Below are positions 27,693 to 36,079 of a DNA stretch of 64,000 nt, in pieces. Made by a program: the position numbers and the translations under genes. The stretch comes from a virus (Duplodnaviria > Caudoviricetes), in IMG/VR virus record IMGVR_UViG_3300014832_000004, positions 16,871 through 80,870 of that record; one strand, given 5' to 3'. The notes beneath the pieces were generated by a model. It had not been told where the DNA came from and did no database searches. It saw only the letters and a list, made by a program, of their open reading frames with translations. Every line of letters starts with the position of its first letter. Position 1 is the stretch's first letter.

Positions 27693-29068
27693 ATTACTCT
27701 GAATTCGTGTCTCGAAAACTCGGGATTGTCGAGTCGGCAGGTATCGACGATCCAATGCTCGACTATGGCATGTTCCCGCACCAGGTGGATCTTGCAAAGT
27801 GGGCGCTTCGTCGCGGACGCGCAGCCATTTTTGCCGACACCGGACTCGGCAAAAGCCGCATGCAGTTGGCGTGGGCAGATACGGTACGAAGAGTAACCGG
27901 CCGCGATGTTCTGATTCTGGCCCCTCTTGCAGTGGCACAGCAGACCGTCGAAGAGGGCGCGAAAATAGGCGTGTCTGTGACTCATGCGAGGGAATCGTCA
28001 GACGTGCATCCGGGAGTCAACATTACGAACTACGACCGAGTTCACAAGTTCGACCCGTCGCGGTTCGGCGCCGTGGTTCTCGATGAGAGCAGCATAATCA
28101 AACATCACGCGGCAAAGACACTGCAAACGCTGCTTGAAATGTTTCGATATACGCCATTCAAGCTGGCATGCACTGCCACCCCTTCGCCGAATGACTGGAC
28201 GGAGCTAGGGAACCACGCAGAATTCCTTGGCGTCCGGTCGAGAGCAGAAATGCTCGCTGAGTTTTTTATTCACGACGGAGGAGACACACAAACCTGGCGT
28301 CTAAAGGGGCATGCTCGCCATATTTTTTGGCAATGGGTATCGTCATGGGGCGCAATGTTGCGCAGCCCTGCTGATCTAGGTCACGACGCGTCAGCATACG
28401 TACTGCCGAAACTGCACGTCCATCAGCACATCATTGAGATTGCTCACAAGCCAGAGAACGGCCTGATTCCTATGGAGGCGCAGACGCTGACCGAGAGAAG
28501 AAATGCTCGACGGGAGAGTCTTGTCGATCGTGTTCGGGCGTGCGCTGAAATCGTAAATTCTTCTGCCGGCACGTGGATTGTATGGTGCGACTTGAACGAC
28601 GAGGGAAACGCTCTTGAGTCGGCTATTCCAGATTCTGTGCAGGTTGCTGGATGCGATACCGAAGAATTCAAGGAGAAAACGATGCTCGAGTTTGCGCATG
28701 GCAAGATCCGTGTTCTGGTCAGCAAACCAAGCATCTGCGGGTTCGGGCTTAATTTTCAGGCGGCCACCAATCAGGCATTCGTCGGAGTTACCGACTCGTT
28801 CGAGAAGTATTACCAGGCCGTTAGGCGATCTTGGCGATTCGGGCAAAAGAACGAGGTCAACGTGCATGTTTTCGCCAGCAATATTGAGGGCGCCGTAGTG
28901 GCCAACCTTCGGCGAAAAGAGATTGACGCGAAAGCAATGGCCGATGCGATGGCCGCCGAAACTCTTGACGCAGTGCGGTCATCTGTTGTCGGAGCGAGAA
29001 AGGACACGAACATCTACACACCAACCCGGCAGATAAAGCTGCCATCATTTTTGACGGGGGCGGCATGA
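27689..29068 (+). CDS. SNF2-like SF2 helicase (paralog of 18646-20025)
   Basis: ADTGLGKS, LDESS, CTATP, QAVRRSWRFGQ. Confidence 0.88.
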   Translation: MNYSEFVSRKLGIVESAGIDDPMLDYGMFPHQVDLAKWALRRGRAAIFADTGLGKSRMQLAWADTVRRVTGRDVLILAPLAVAQQTVEEGAKIGVSVTHARESSDVHPGVNITNYDRVHKFDPSRFGAVVLDESSIIKHHAAKTLQTLLEMFRYTPFKLACTATPSPNDWTELGNHAEFLGVRSRAEMLAEFFIHDGGDTQTWRLKGHARHIFWQWVSSWGAMLRSPADLGHDASAYVLPKLHVHQHIIEIAHKPENGLIPMEAQTLTERRNARRESLVDRVRACAEIVNSSAGTWIVWCDLNDEGNALESAIPDSVQVAGCDTEEFKEKTMLEFAHGKIRVLVSKPSICGFGLNFQAATNQAFVGVTDSFEKYYQAVRRSWRFGQKNEVNVHVFASNIEGAVVANLRRKEIDAKAMADAMAAETLDAVRSSVVGARKDTNIYTPTRQIKLPSFLTGAA

Positions 29069-29934
29069 ACTGCATTGCGCAAGATTCTGGAGAGAGCTTT
29101 ACTATTTACAACGGGGATTGCGTCGAAGTTCTTCGCGGCCTGCCGGATAACTCGATTCACTACAGTATTTTTTCGCCTCCATTTGCGAGCCTCTACACGT
29201 ACAGCAATAGCCCGAGAGACATGGGCAACTGCCGCACGAATGAGGAATTCTTCGAGCACTTCGCCTTCCTCGTCGAAGAGTTGAAACGCGTCATGCGCCC
29301 AGGTCGAAACGTGTCGTTTCACTGCATGCTTTTCCCGGCCAGCAAGGAGCGTGACGGGTTCATCGGCCTGAAAGACTTTCGTGGGGACCTGATTCGTGCA
29401 TTCCAGGCGCAAGGGTTCATTTTTCATGCCGAAACGGTAATTTGGAAAGACCCGGTTACTCAGATGCAGCGGACAAAAGCGCTCGGGTTGCTCCACAAGT
29501 CGGTGCGTGAGAATTCGGCAATGTGTCGCATGGGGATACCTGACTACCTCGTTACGATGCGCGCCCCAGGTGAGCAGCTTGACCGCGTGACGCACACCAG
29601 AGAGGACTATCCCGTAGATCGCTGGCAGAAGGTCGCCAGCCCGGTCTGGATGGACATCAACCCATCGGACACCCTGCAATACCAGTCGGCACGAGAGAGC
29701 GACGACGAAAAGCACATCTGCCCGCTACAGCTTGAGGTAATCCGGCGAGGCGTTGAGCTTTGGACCAATCCGGGAGACATTGTTTTGTCGCCATTCGCCG
29801 GGATTGGCAGCGAGGGATACGTCAGCGTGCAGATGGGGCGCCGGTTTATCGGGGTGGAACTCAAGGAGTCGTATTACCGCCAGGCGGCTGCGAATCTCAA
29901 GAACGCGATCAGGGTTAATGGTGAATTGTTCTGA
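29065..29934 (+). CDS. Amino DNA methyltransferase, beta class (paralog of 17543-18433)
   Basis: SPPF, HICPLQL, VLSPFAGIGS. Confidence 0.9.
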   Translation: MNCIAQDSGESFTIYNGDCVEVLRGLPDNSIHYSIFSPPFASLYTYSNSPRDMGNCRTNEEFFEHFAFLVEELKRVMRPGRNVSFHCMLFPASKERDGFIGLKDFRGDLIRAFQAQGFIFHAETVIWKDPVTQMQRTKALGLLHKSVRENSAMCRMGIPDYLVTMRAPGEQLDRVTHTREDYPVDRWQKVASPVWMDINPSDTLQYQSARESDDEKHICPLQLEVIRRGVELWTNPGDIVLSPFAGIGSEGYVSVQMGRRFIGVELKESYYRQAAANLKNAIRVNGELF

Positions 29935-29937
29935 CCA

Positions 29938-30393
29938 ATGAAGCGCCGGCCAGCCATTTCTGACTACGCTGCGACCCCTTCCGTGCAGCCCGCTCTATTC
30001 CAACCAGAGGCGCAGCCGAAGCGCCGCAGGCCAGGCACAGTGCGCCGGCCAGATCCGCCAGAGACGGCTATTCAGCGCGTCATCCTGGACGCTCTGCGGC
30101 TGCATCCGCTCGTCAAGCGAGCTGACCGCATCAACGTCGGGGCTGGCCGATTTCTGCGCAAGGACGGCAGCGCAGGGCGCTTCGTGAGGTACGGAATGAG
30201 GGGCCAGTCAGACATCTGCGGGCGCATGACAGATGGTCGAGAGTTGGCTATCGAGGTCAAGCGGCCGTCGAATAAAAACGGGGCTACACCGGATCAACTG
30301 GCGTATCTCGCAGAGGTCAGAGATTCCGGCGGGGTGGCCGGCGTGGCGTGGTCTGTCGAAACGGCGTTTGCGATTGTCGAGGGGCGAGATTGA
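29938..30393 (+). CDS. VRR-NUC domain nuclease
   Basis: E..IQ, G.SD, IEVKRP, Q..YL. Confidence 0.8.
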   Translation: MKRRPAISDYAATPSVQPALFQPEAQPKRRRPGTVRRPDPPETAIQRVILDALRLHPLVKRADRINVGAGRFLRKDGSAGRFVRYGMRGQSDICGRMTDGRELAIEVKRPSNKNGATPDQLAYLAEVRDSGGVAGVAWSVETAFAIVEGRD

Positions 30394-31250
30394 GCATTGA
30401 GGCGATAAATTGGGCGTTTTCGCAGACGGTCGAAAGATCGTCCTCAAAGTTCGTCTTGGTGGCGATGGCAATGCGCTGTAATGACGCCAATCTTGTAGGC
30501 GGGAAGTGGGCATGCTGGCCATCTATTTCGGCGCTCGCTGAGGACACCTGCATGGACAGAAAAACGGTGTTCGACTCCCTCGCAAGGCTACAGGAATCCG
30601 GCCTGATTAGTGACGCTGGCATACGCAAAGGGGGTACCGGGCGCGTCACGGTATACGTTTTAAACAGTACCGAAAGAGGGACGATTAAACAGTCCCAAAA
30701 ACGGGACGATTCGGAAGACGAAATAGTACCGAAAACGGGACCATTGCAAAGTCTAATAGTACCGTTTTCGGACACTAATAGTCCCGAAAACGGTACTGAA
30801 ATAGTCCCGAAAACGGGACACGGAACAAGTAAGGAACAGAAAGGAACAGGTAAACCTAAAAACATTACACCTCGTCGCCGATCGCCGTCGTTCGATTTCA
30901 TCGGCCAGTTGATCGCCAACGGGGTGTCCGAAACGGCGGCAAAAGACTGGTCAGAAATTCGCAAGGCGAAAAAATTACCGCCTACCCAAACAGCATTTGA
31001 GGGAACGCTGCGAGAGGCCGGGAAAGCGAAACTCTCGATGCACGCCGCCATTACCGAATGCTGCGAACGAGGGTGGGGAGGATTCAAGGCGGAATGGATC
31101 GAAAACAGCAGAGCAAGGGCCGGCCCGCCAGTGCAACGTCCAGAGAAGTTCGATCCCATCGCCCACATAAACCGAAACAGGACTAGACCGACGCAAAATG
31201 AAGCCACAGGCCGCAACATTATCGACATCACCCCTGAGCGTGTGGCTTGA
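30390..31250 (+). CDS. Replication initiator (lambda O-like, N-terminal HTH)
   Basis: KFVLVAMA..CWPSISALAEDTCM.RKTV; internal iterons. Confidence 0.8.
   Translation: MSIEAINWAFSQTVERSSSKFVLVAMAMRCNDANLVGGKWACWPSISALAEDTCMDRKTVFDSLARLQESGLISDAGIRKGGTGRVTVYVLNSTERGTIKQSQKRDDSEDEIVPKTGPLQSLIVPFSDTNSPENGTEIVPKTGHGTSKEQKGTGKPKNITPRRRSPSFDFIGQLIANGVSETAAKDWSEIRKAKKLPPTQTAFEGTLREAGKAKLSMHAAITECCERGWGGFKAEWIENSRARAGPPVQRPEKFDPIAHINRNRTRPTQNEATGRNIIDITPERVA
30664..30821. other. Replication origin iterons (6 copies)
   Basis: A(T/C)AGT(A/C)CCGAAAACGG(G/T)AC-like units at 30664, 30689, 30723, 30756, 30778, 30801. Confidence 0.75.
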
Positions 31251-31821
31251 GCCGCACCCGAAGCTTGACGGGCTGGCGCTCATCGATCACCTATTTAACC
31301 GGCTGGACGGAATGTACCCGCACAAGTGGCGATCGGCATTTGCAAACGACCATGCGGTGGCGAACTGGCGCATGGCATGGGCAGAGGGATTTGCAGACGA
31401 GGGCATCACGCTTGAGGAGGTCCGATGCGGGCTGAGGGCTTGTCGCAGTCAGGATTGGCCGCCGTCGTTTGCCGAGTTTTTCAAATCCTGCCGTCCGCCG
31501 ATCGACTCCGGTGCAGCACTCATCGAGGCAGTCGAACAGATGCGGCGACGGGACACGAACGACGACGCTTGGAGCCATCCGGCGATTTATTGGGCTGCAG
31601 CGAAAATCGGATCGTTCGACCTGCTGAGCCGGACGACAAAAGACCTTGAGCCGATCTGGCGGCGCGAGCTGCAGGATCAAATGTCCAAGGGCGAATGGTC
31701 GGATATTCCGCGACGAGTGCCGGCGCTCCCCGCTCCGGGTCAGCAGCACACCGAGGCGCACGCCAAGGCGGTTATGGCCGAAATGATGGCTAAACTGCGC
31801 GGCAGGGAGTCGGCAGAATGA
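31198..31821 (+). CDS. Replication protein P-like helicase loader
   Basis: IDHLFNRLDGMYPHKW..WPPSFAEF; follows O-like gene. Confidence 0.65.
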   Translation: MKPQAATLSTSPLSVWLEPHPKLDGLALIDHLFNRLDGMYPHKWRSAFANDHAVANWRMAWAEGFADEGITLEEVRCGLRACRSQDWPPSFAEFFKSCRPPIDSGAALIEAVEQMRRRDTNDDAWSHPAIYWAAAKIGSFDLLSRTTKDLEPIWRRELQDQMSKGEWSDIPRRVPALPAPGQQHTEAHAKAVMAEMMAKLRGRESAE

Positions 31822-32075
31822 GCGCGCAAATTATCGACAATTCAGGCCTTGATCCGATGCTGTGGGCCAAGCGTCCGCGATCGCAAAACGCAATCGACGC
31901 GCTGTTCGACGGCGCGAAGACGAGCGCGGCGCTCGCCGAGATACGCGACCAGCACATTGCCGGAGGGGTTTGCACTGCCGATGGCGGTGTCGAATATCTT
32001 TGGAGTCAGGTGGCGCAGAAGTTCGTTCGGCCGCCGTGGTACGTGCGGGTTAATCATGAGATGGATTATGCGTGA
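31818..32075 (+). CDS. Hypothetical protein
   Basis: ATGA coupling. Confidence 0.55.
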   Translation: MSAQIIDNSGLDPMLWAKRPRSQNAIDALFDGAKTSAALAEIRDQHIAGGVCTADGGVEYLWSQVAQKFVRPPWYVRVNHEMDYA

Positions 32076-32910
32076 GCTGGCACTTTTTGCAGGGGCAGGC
32101 GGTGGAATCCTGGGAGGACTCTTGCTTGGATGGCGCACCGTCTGCGCTGTCGAGATTGATCCCTACGCCCGGAGCATACTGCTTGCACGGCAGCGAGACG
32201 GAATCCTGCAGCGCTTCCCGGTGTGGGACGACGTGCGAACTTTCGACGGGCTGCCCTGGCGCGGACACGTTGACGTTATCAGCGGTGGGTTCCCTTGCCA
32301 GGACATCAGTTGTGCCGGAAAAGGCGCCGGCCTCGATGGCGAGCGATCCGGCCTTTGGTCGGAGTTCGCCCGCATCATTAGCGAGGTACGACCCCGATAC
32401 GCATTCATTGAAAACAGCCCAATGCTCGTTGTTCGAGGGCTTGATCGAGTCCTCGCCGACCTTGCCGCGATGGGGCTCGATGCGGAATGGGGAATTGTTT
32501 CAGCGGCCGACGTGGGAGCGCCACACTTGCGAGAGCGACTCTGGATTGTTGCCGACGCCGACAGCCACGGATGCGTGCGGCCGGACTTACTACTACAGCC
32601 AGGGCACCAAAGACAGCGCTGTCGTGTCGCTGCTCGGCGTGGCAAAACTCCTGCCGACGCCAGCAGCAACGGACTGGAAGGGCCGCTACACATGGGAGAC
32701 GGTGCGCCGCCGAATGGACATGACGCGAGGCGTGCGCTTGCCGGAGGAGCTGTGCCGAGCGGCTGGCAAGGCGATCACCCCGAACCCGGAATATTGGGAA
32801 TGGATGATGGGCTGGCCGATTGGCGTAACCGCATTAAAGCCCTTGGCAATGGCCAGGTTCCACGAGTGGCAGCAACAGCATGGCGGATTCTGAGCGAGAG
32901 GGCAGCGTGA
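32068..32910 (+). CDS. C5 cytosine methyltransferase, alpha chain (motifs I-VIII and X)
   Basis: LFAGAGG, GGFPCQD, IENSP, RERLWIV, RIKALGNG. Confidence 0.88.
   Translation: MRELALFAGAGGGILGGLLLGWRTVCAVEIDPYARSILLARQRDGILQRFPVWDDVRTFDGLPWRGHVDVISGGFPCQDISCAGKGAGLDGERSGLWSEFARIISEVRPRYAFIENSPMLVVRGLDRVLADLAAMGLDAEWGIVSAADVGAPHLRERLWIVADADSHGCVRPDLLLQPGHQRQRCRVAARRGKTPADASSNGLEGPLHMGDGAPPNGHDARRALAGGAVPSGWQGDHPEPGILGMDDGLADWRNRIKALGNGQVPRVAATAWRILSERAA
32072..32893 (+). CDS. C5 methyltransferase beta chain in overlapping frame (motif IX, TRD-like repeats)
   Basis: LLPTP x2, NPEYWEWMMGWP; GTG start coupled to the upstream TGA. Confidence 0.7.
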   Translation: MSWHFLQGQAVESWEDSCLDGAPSALSRLIPTPGAYCLHGSETESCSASRCGTTCELSTGCPGADTLTLSAVGSLARTSVVPEKAPASMASDPAFGRSSPASLARYDPDTHSLKTAQCSLFEGLIESSPTLPRWGSMRNGELFQRPTWERHTCESDSGLLPTPTATDACGRTYYYSQGTKDSAVVSLLGVAKLLPTPAATDWKGRYTWETVRRRMDMTRGVRLPEELCRAAGKAITPNPEYWEWMMGWPIGVTALKPLAMARFHEWQQQHGGF

Positions 32911-33146
32911 TGCGCAAAACGAGTAATTCGAACCTGTCCGGCGCAATGCGGTTATTGGCGGCATCAATCAAAAGCGACGACGGCGTGGCCAATGCGGCGA
33001 TTTACGAGGCGGCGCAGCGGCTTGATGATCTGGCGGCGATCGCGCTCGAAATGCTGTCCATGCTGCCGCACCGGACGGCCATGCCAGAGGGCTGCCCGAC
33101 GTGCGCAATCAAGGCGCGGCTGGCCGAAATGGGGATTGAGGCGTAA
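32910..33146 (+). CDS. Hypothetical protein
   Basis: TGATG coupling. Confidence 0.55.
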   Translation: MRKTSNSNLSGAMRLLAASIKSDDGVANAAIYEAAQRLDDLAAIALEMLSMLPHRTAMPEGCPTCAIKARLAEMGIEA

Positions 33147-33190
33147 TTAAACCGGCCGCGCGATCGCGGAACCACACAGGAGACTACAGC

Positions 33191-33418
33191 ATGGAAAATT
33201 TCATCCAACCCAAAATAACCGGCTATCGTCAGTTGAACGAAGCAGAGGCGGCTCTGATGAACGAAATAAAAGCGAAGGGTATTGAGCTTGGCGATCTTGT
33301 CGAGAAGCTGCGGGGAACAGATGGTATTGATCAGAGGTGGACGAGCATCGGATCGACCGACCTGCAAACCGGCTTGATGGCTCTCTCGCGCGCAGTTGCC
33401 AGGCCGACGACGTTCTAA
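33191..33418 (+). CDS. acb2: Acb2-family anti-CBASS cyclic oligonucleotide sponge
   Basis: KITGYRQL..MNEIK..RW.SIG.TDLQTGLMAL.RAVARPTTF closely follows Acb2 as recalled; SD AGGAG. Confidence 0.85.
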   Translation: MENFIQPKITGYRQLNEAEAALMNEIKAKGIELGDLVEKLRGTDGIDQRWTSIGSTDLQTGLMALSRAVARPTTF

Positions 33419-33423
33419 AAGTG

Positions 33424-33624
33424 ATGTGCGGCGAATTTCCGTGCAGCAATTCCTCCTGCACGTACAGCGAGGGGCATAGAAGGCGATGCGAGGCGCGAAC
33501 CGTTGGGCGGTGGCCAAAGCACGAAAGAAACGCCTTCTACGCGCTTGTACGCAAGGCGCGCGGCGATGCGGCGGCATTGCAGTTGGTGGCGGACGTTTCT
33601 GATGAGTGGAAGAAATCGCAATGA
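33424..33624 (+). CDS. Hypothetical protein
   Basis: TYSEGHRRRCEAR; ATGA coupling downstream. Confidence 0.5.
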   Translation: MCGEFPCSNSSCTYSEGHRRRCEARTVGRWPKHERNAFYALVRKARGDAAALQLVADVSDEWKKSQ

Positions 33625-33785
33625 CACAAGATCAGATCGAAGAATTTGTCGAGCGGGCGGCGATTATCGAAGAAGGATGCCAACTCGACAAAGAAAAAGC
33701 CGAGCGCCTGGCGGCGATTTATATGGGCCTCGATTACGACGACGTTGCCGAGTTTTTGCAGGGAACGAAAAATGCAGAATCTTGA
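33621..33785 (+). CDS. Hypothetical protein (54 aa, not in ORF track)
   Basis: EEFVERAAIIEE motif. Confidence 0.55.
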   Translation: MTQDQIEEFVERAAIIEEGCQLDKEKAERLAAIYMGLDYDDVAEFLQGTKNAES

Positions 33786-33966
33786 GCGGTGGGAATTCGG
33801 CGACCCCAAGAAGGTCGCTATGCGAAGGGAAGAAAAATCATGCAAGGGATGCCAGTCAATCGAAACGGTCAATCTGTTCGGGGAGACTCAAACGATATGC
33901 GACGATGGCCAGCCGAAAGAGCGCCGATGCCGGAAATACAAATTGGCAGTGGTCAGCATCCTATGA
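33772..33966 (+). CDS. Small Cys-rich protein
   Basis: CKGC..C..C. Confidence 0.5.
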   Translation: MQNLERWEFGDPKKVAMRREEKSCKGCQSIETVNLFGETQTICDDGQPKERRCRKYKLAVVSIL

Positions 33967-34313
33967 CCGAGCAGCAGGCAGATGCCATCGACGGAATGTT
34001 GATCGAGTGGGCGAACTGGTCGCGAGGTTATCGGATGCGCATCGGATACCCGCAGAAGTCGCCAGGATTTGAGCCTGGCGGCGGCGCGGTCACCGCGGAG
34101 TCTTCGGAGCATCAGTACTACGACGTGCTGGCAGATCGTTGCAAGATTGTCGATCGCTGCATTGACGACCTGCCTACGCCGGAGCAGCGGGCTGCGATTC
34201 ACCGGCGCTATCTGTCGGCTGTGTATAGGATGCGAGACTACGAGCTGGCTCTGGCCGAGGCGATGGAAGCTCTGCTGGTGGCGTTTCGCCGGAAGGGGGT
34301 ACTGTGGGGGTGA
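33963..34313 (+). CDS. Late antiterminator Q-like protein
   Basis: L.EWANW..GYP..S..VDRCIDDL..EQRAAIHRRY; end of early-right operon. Confidence 0.65.
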   Translation: MTEQQADAIDGMLIEWANWSRGYRMRIGYPQKSPGFEPGGGAVTAESSEHQYYDVLADRCKIVDRCIDDLPTPEQRAAIHRRYLSAVYRMRDYELALAEAMEALLVAFRRKGVLWG

Positions 34314-34552
34314 GCGTAGAAGTAATGCGACTGCTGCGCAAGATCGACAGCCGTGACAGGAAAATAGCCGGTCTTCGGCGACGAGTGGAACAGCTTGAAA
34401 CGGCTATTGCGAATCACGAAATCAACGTGCGTCGTATGCCTATCGATGTCACTAGGGCGGTGCAAGAAGCTCTGTGCAACGTGCGGATGATCCCGGTTCT
34501 TGGCGTCGGATCGTCGGCAAGAATCGTTGAGATTAAGGCGTCAGATGCTTAG
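34310..34552 (+). CDS. Coiled-coil hypothetical protein
   Basis: GTGA coupling. Confidence 0.55.
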   Translation: MSVEVMRLLRKIDSRDRKIAGLRRRVEQLETAIANHEINVRRMPIDVTRAVQEALCNVRMIPVLGVGSSARIVEIKASDA

Positions 34553-34577
34553 TTGTGGTTTTGGCGATGAAACGAAA

Positions 34578-34597
34578 CAGCCGCCCGTAGGCGGCTG
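34578..34597. terminator. Terminator between converging operons
   Basis: CAGCCGCC-CGTA-GGCGGCTG; same core hairpin as 14267-14284. Confidence 0.7.
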
Positions 34598-34617
34598 ATT
34601 GTGCTCGGAGACAGCGG

Positions 34618-34950
34618 TTATTCGCGGAACGCCACCCACGCGAACTCCCAATCGTCTGGGCTTTCGCTCACCGGAGAGCCCTTTGTCGCCGGGTTTGCGA
34701 CGCGCTTTTTAAGGCGCATGACGATCGCCTGGTCGCCGTCGGCGAAGGTCGTCTCGACGCGGGACATGGGGATTCTGACGCCGGTCCATGTCTCGATAAG
34801 GTCGACGTTCTGCGGATACCCGATGCACGAGCACCAGCCGGACGCGTCGCCCTGGACGACGGTAGCGAGATCGCCGACCGTCGCCGGCGAGTAGGTGTAG
34901 GTGCCGAAATTTCCCGCAGGCATTACGGCACTGTTCATGAGGAAGATCAT
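34618..34950 (-). CDS. DUF1874/STIV B116-like protein (AcrIII-1 ring-nuclease family), GY variant
   Basis: IFLMNS..SCIGYPQNVDLI..TGV.IPMSR....GDQAIV.RL..R aligns by eye with SIRV1 gp29. Confidence 0.75.
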   Translation of the reverse strand: MIFLMNSAVMPAGNFGTYTYSPATVGDLATVVQGDASGWCSCIGYPQNVDLIETWTGVRIPMSRVETTFADGDQAIVMRLKKRVANPATKGSPVSESPDDWEFAWVAFRE

Positions 34951-34954
34951 CGTC

Positions 34955-35335
34955 TCAATCTCCGTAGATAATGCTGCTTGCGACCGTGCGCGCGGCGTCG
35001 GTCAGGAATTGACCGACCGGCCGGCCGGTCATCTTCGCGCAGTCCATCGCGCACCTGGTGGCGCGATCGAGCGCCGCCGCCGGAGCCGTCCCGGCCATGA
35101 TGGCGTCGAACAGATCGCCGAAGGCTTGCGCCTTGGCGGCATTTTCGGCTGCCGGCGAATAGTCGCCGTCCGCGTCCGGATTGGCGTCCGGATCGACCGT
35201 GTTTTCTCCGGCTGCGGCCGAGCCCCAGCCGGACTGGCCGACGAAGCCGGCGTCGTCGTCGCGGACGCGCGACTGCTGGTCGCGCAGTTGTTGCTGTCGC
35301 TCCAGTTCGAGCTGGTACATGCTGCTCAGTCCCAT
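34955..35335 (-). CDS. Acidic hypothetical protein (126 aa)
   Basis: SD AAGGGGG; D/E-rich middle. Confidence 0.65.
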   Translation of the reverse strand: MGLSSMYQLELERQQQLRDQQSRVRDDDAGFVGQSGWGSAAAGENTVDPDANPDADGDYSPAAENAAKAQAFGDLFDAIMAGTAPAAALDRATRCAMDCAKMTGRPVGQFLTDAARTVASSIIYGD

Positions 35336-35336
35336 T

Positions 35337-35567
35337 TCAATCCCCCTTCTCTGTATCCGATGACGCATCATGCGCCACCGGCGTTGCTTTGTCGGCTGCG
35401 GCAAGCTTGCCGTCCAGCCAGTCACGCAGGGCCTTTGACGCACCGCGGCGGATGTACTCGGCGCGCTGCGTCGCGCTGACCCTGGCGCTGATGGTGGCCA
35501 CCTGGCCAGATGGCGCGATGGTCGGCTGGCGCCCCTGGCCGGGGCGATTGCCTGTGCGCTTGGCCAT
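35337..35567 (-). CDS. Small ribbon-helix-helix-like DNA-binding protein
   Basis: RPGQGRQP..ATISARVSATQRAEY..GASKALRDWLD. Confidence 0.55.
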   Translation of the reverse strand: MAKRTGNRPGQGRQPTIAPSGQVATISARVSATQRAEYIRRGASKALRDWLDGKLAAADKATPVAHDASSDTEKGD

Positions 35568-35568
35568 G

Positions 35569-35892
35569 CTATCGACCGTCATCGAAACGGTCGTTGTCCG
35601 CAATCTCGCGGAAAAGACTCGCGAGCACTTCGCGGCTTTGTGCCGCGACCCACCTTGGATCCTTCGCTTGCTCACGGGCAGCCTCTTCGGCTATCTCGTA
35701 CCCTTCGCTGAGGACAGCGAAGGTTATAGCCGCTTCCGCTAGACCGCACGCGGCAGCGTATAGCGCGACCTGCTTCGGGTCGCGCGGAGAAGCATTAGCA
35801 TTAAACAGAGCCGGTTTAGCCGGGACATAGCCGGCCAAAATTTCTCTGAGCATTTCAGAGCAAGCCTGATATTTGTCCATGTCCATTTCCAT
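35569..35892 (-). CDS. Hypothetical protein (107 aa)
   Basis: SD AAGGAGG; first gene after promoter. Confidence 0.7.
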   Translation of the reverse strand: MEMDMDKYQACSEMLREILAGYVPAKPALFNANASPRDPKQVALYAAACGLAEAAITFAVLSEGYEIAEEAAREQAKDPRWVAAQSREVLASLFREIADNDRFDDGR

Positions 35893-35921
35893 TCCCTCCT
35901 TGGTTGTTGTGTGTCGGCATC

Positions 35922-35952
35922 TGTATTGTACGACAATACAAAAGGAAGTCAA
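35922..35952 (-). promoter_or_regulatory. Leftward sigma70 promoter overlapped by a perfect inverted repeat
   Basis: TTGACT-16 bp-TACAAT; TGTATTGT-ACG-ACAATACA at 35922-35940. Confidence 0.75.
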
Positions 35953-35978
35953 CAAGAATTTTCGCTATGCATTTCGTC

Positions 35979-36006
35979 TTGACAATAGCCTGGCGGATCT
36001 CGTAAT
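35979..36006 (+). promoter_or_regulatory. Possible late (pR'-like) promoter
   Basis: TTGACA-16 bp-CGTAAT upstream of terminase genes. Confidence 0.45.
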
Positions 36007-36079
36007 CTCGCGGGTGGTGGGCGAGTTGCGCCCAAAGACAGCCGGCCAGTGGTCGGCTTTTTTGCGTTTACGGAAATCA

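Noticed and set aside
14267-34596. Identical 18-bp hairpin at 14267 and 34579 as recombination or att sites
   Set aside because: Both sit between converging genes and are explained as terminators; flanks share no homology
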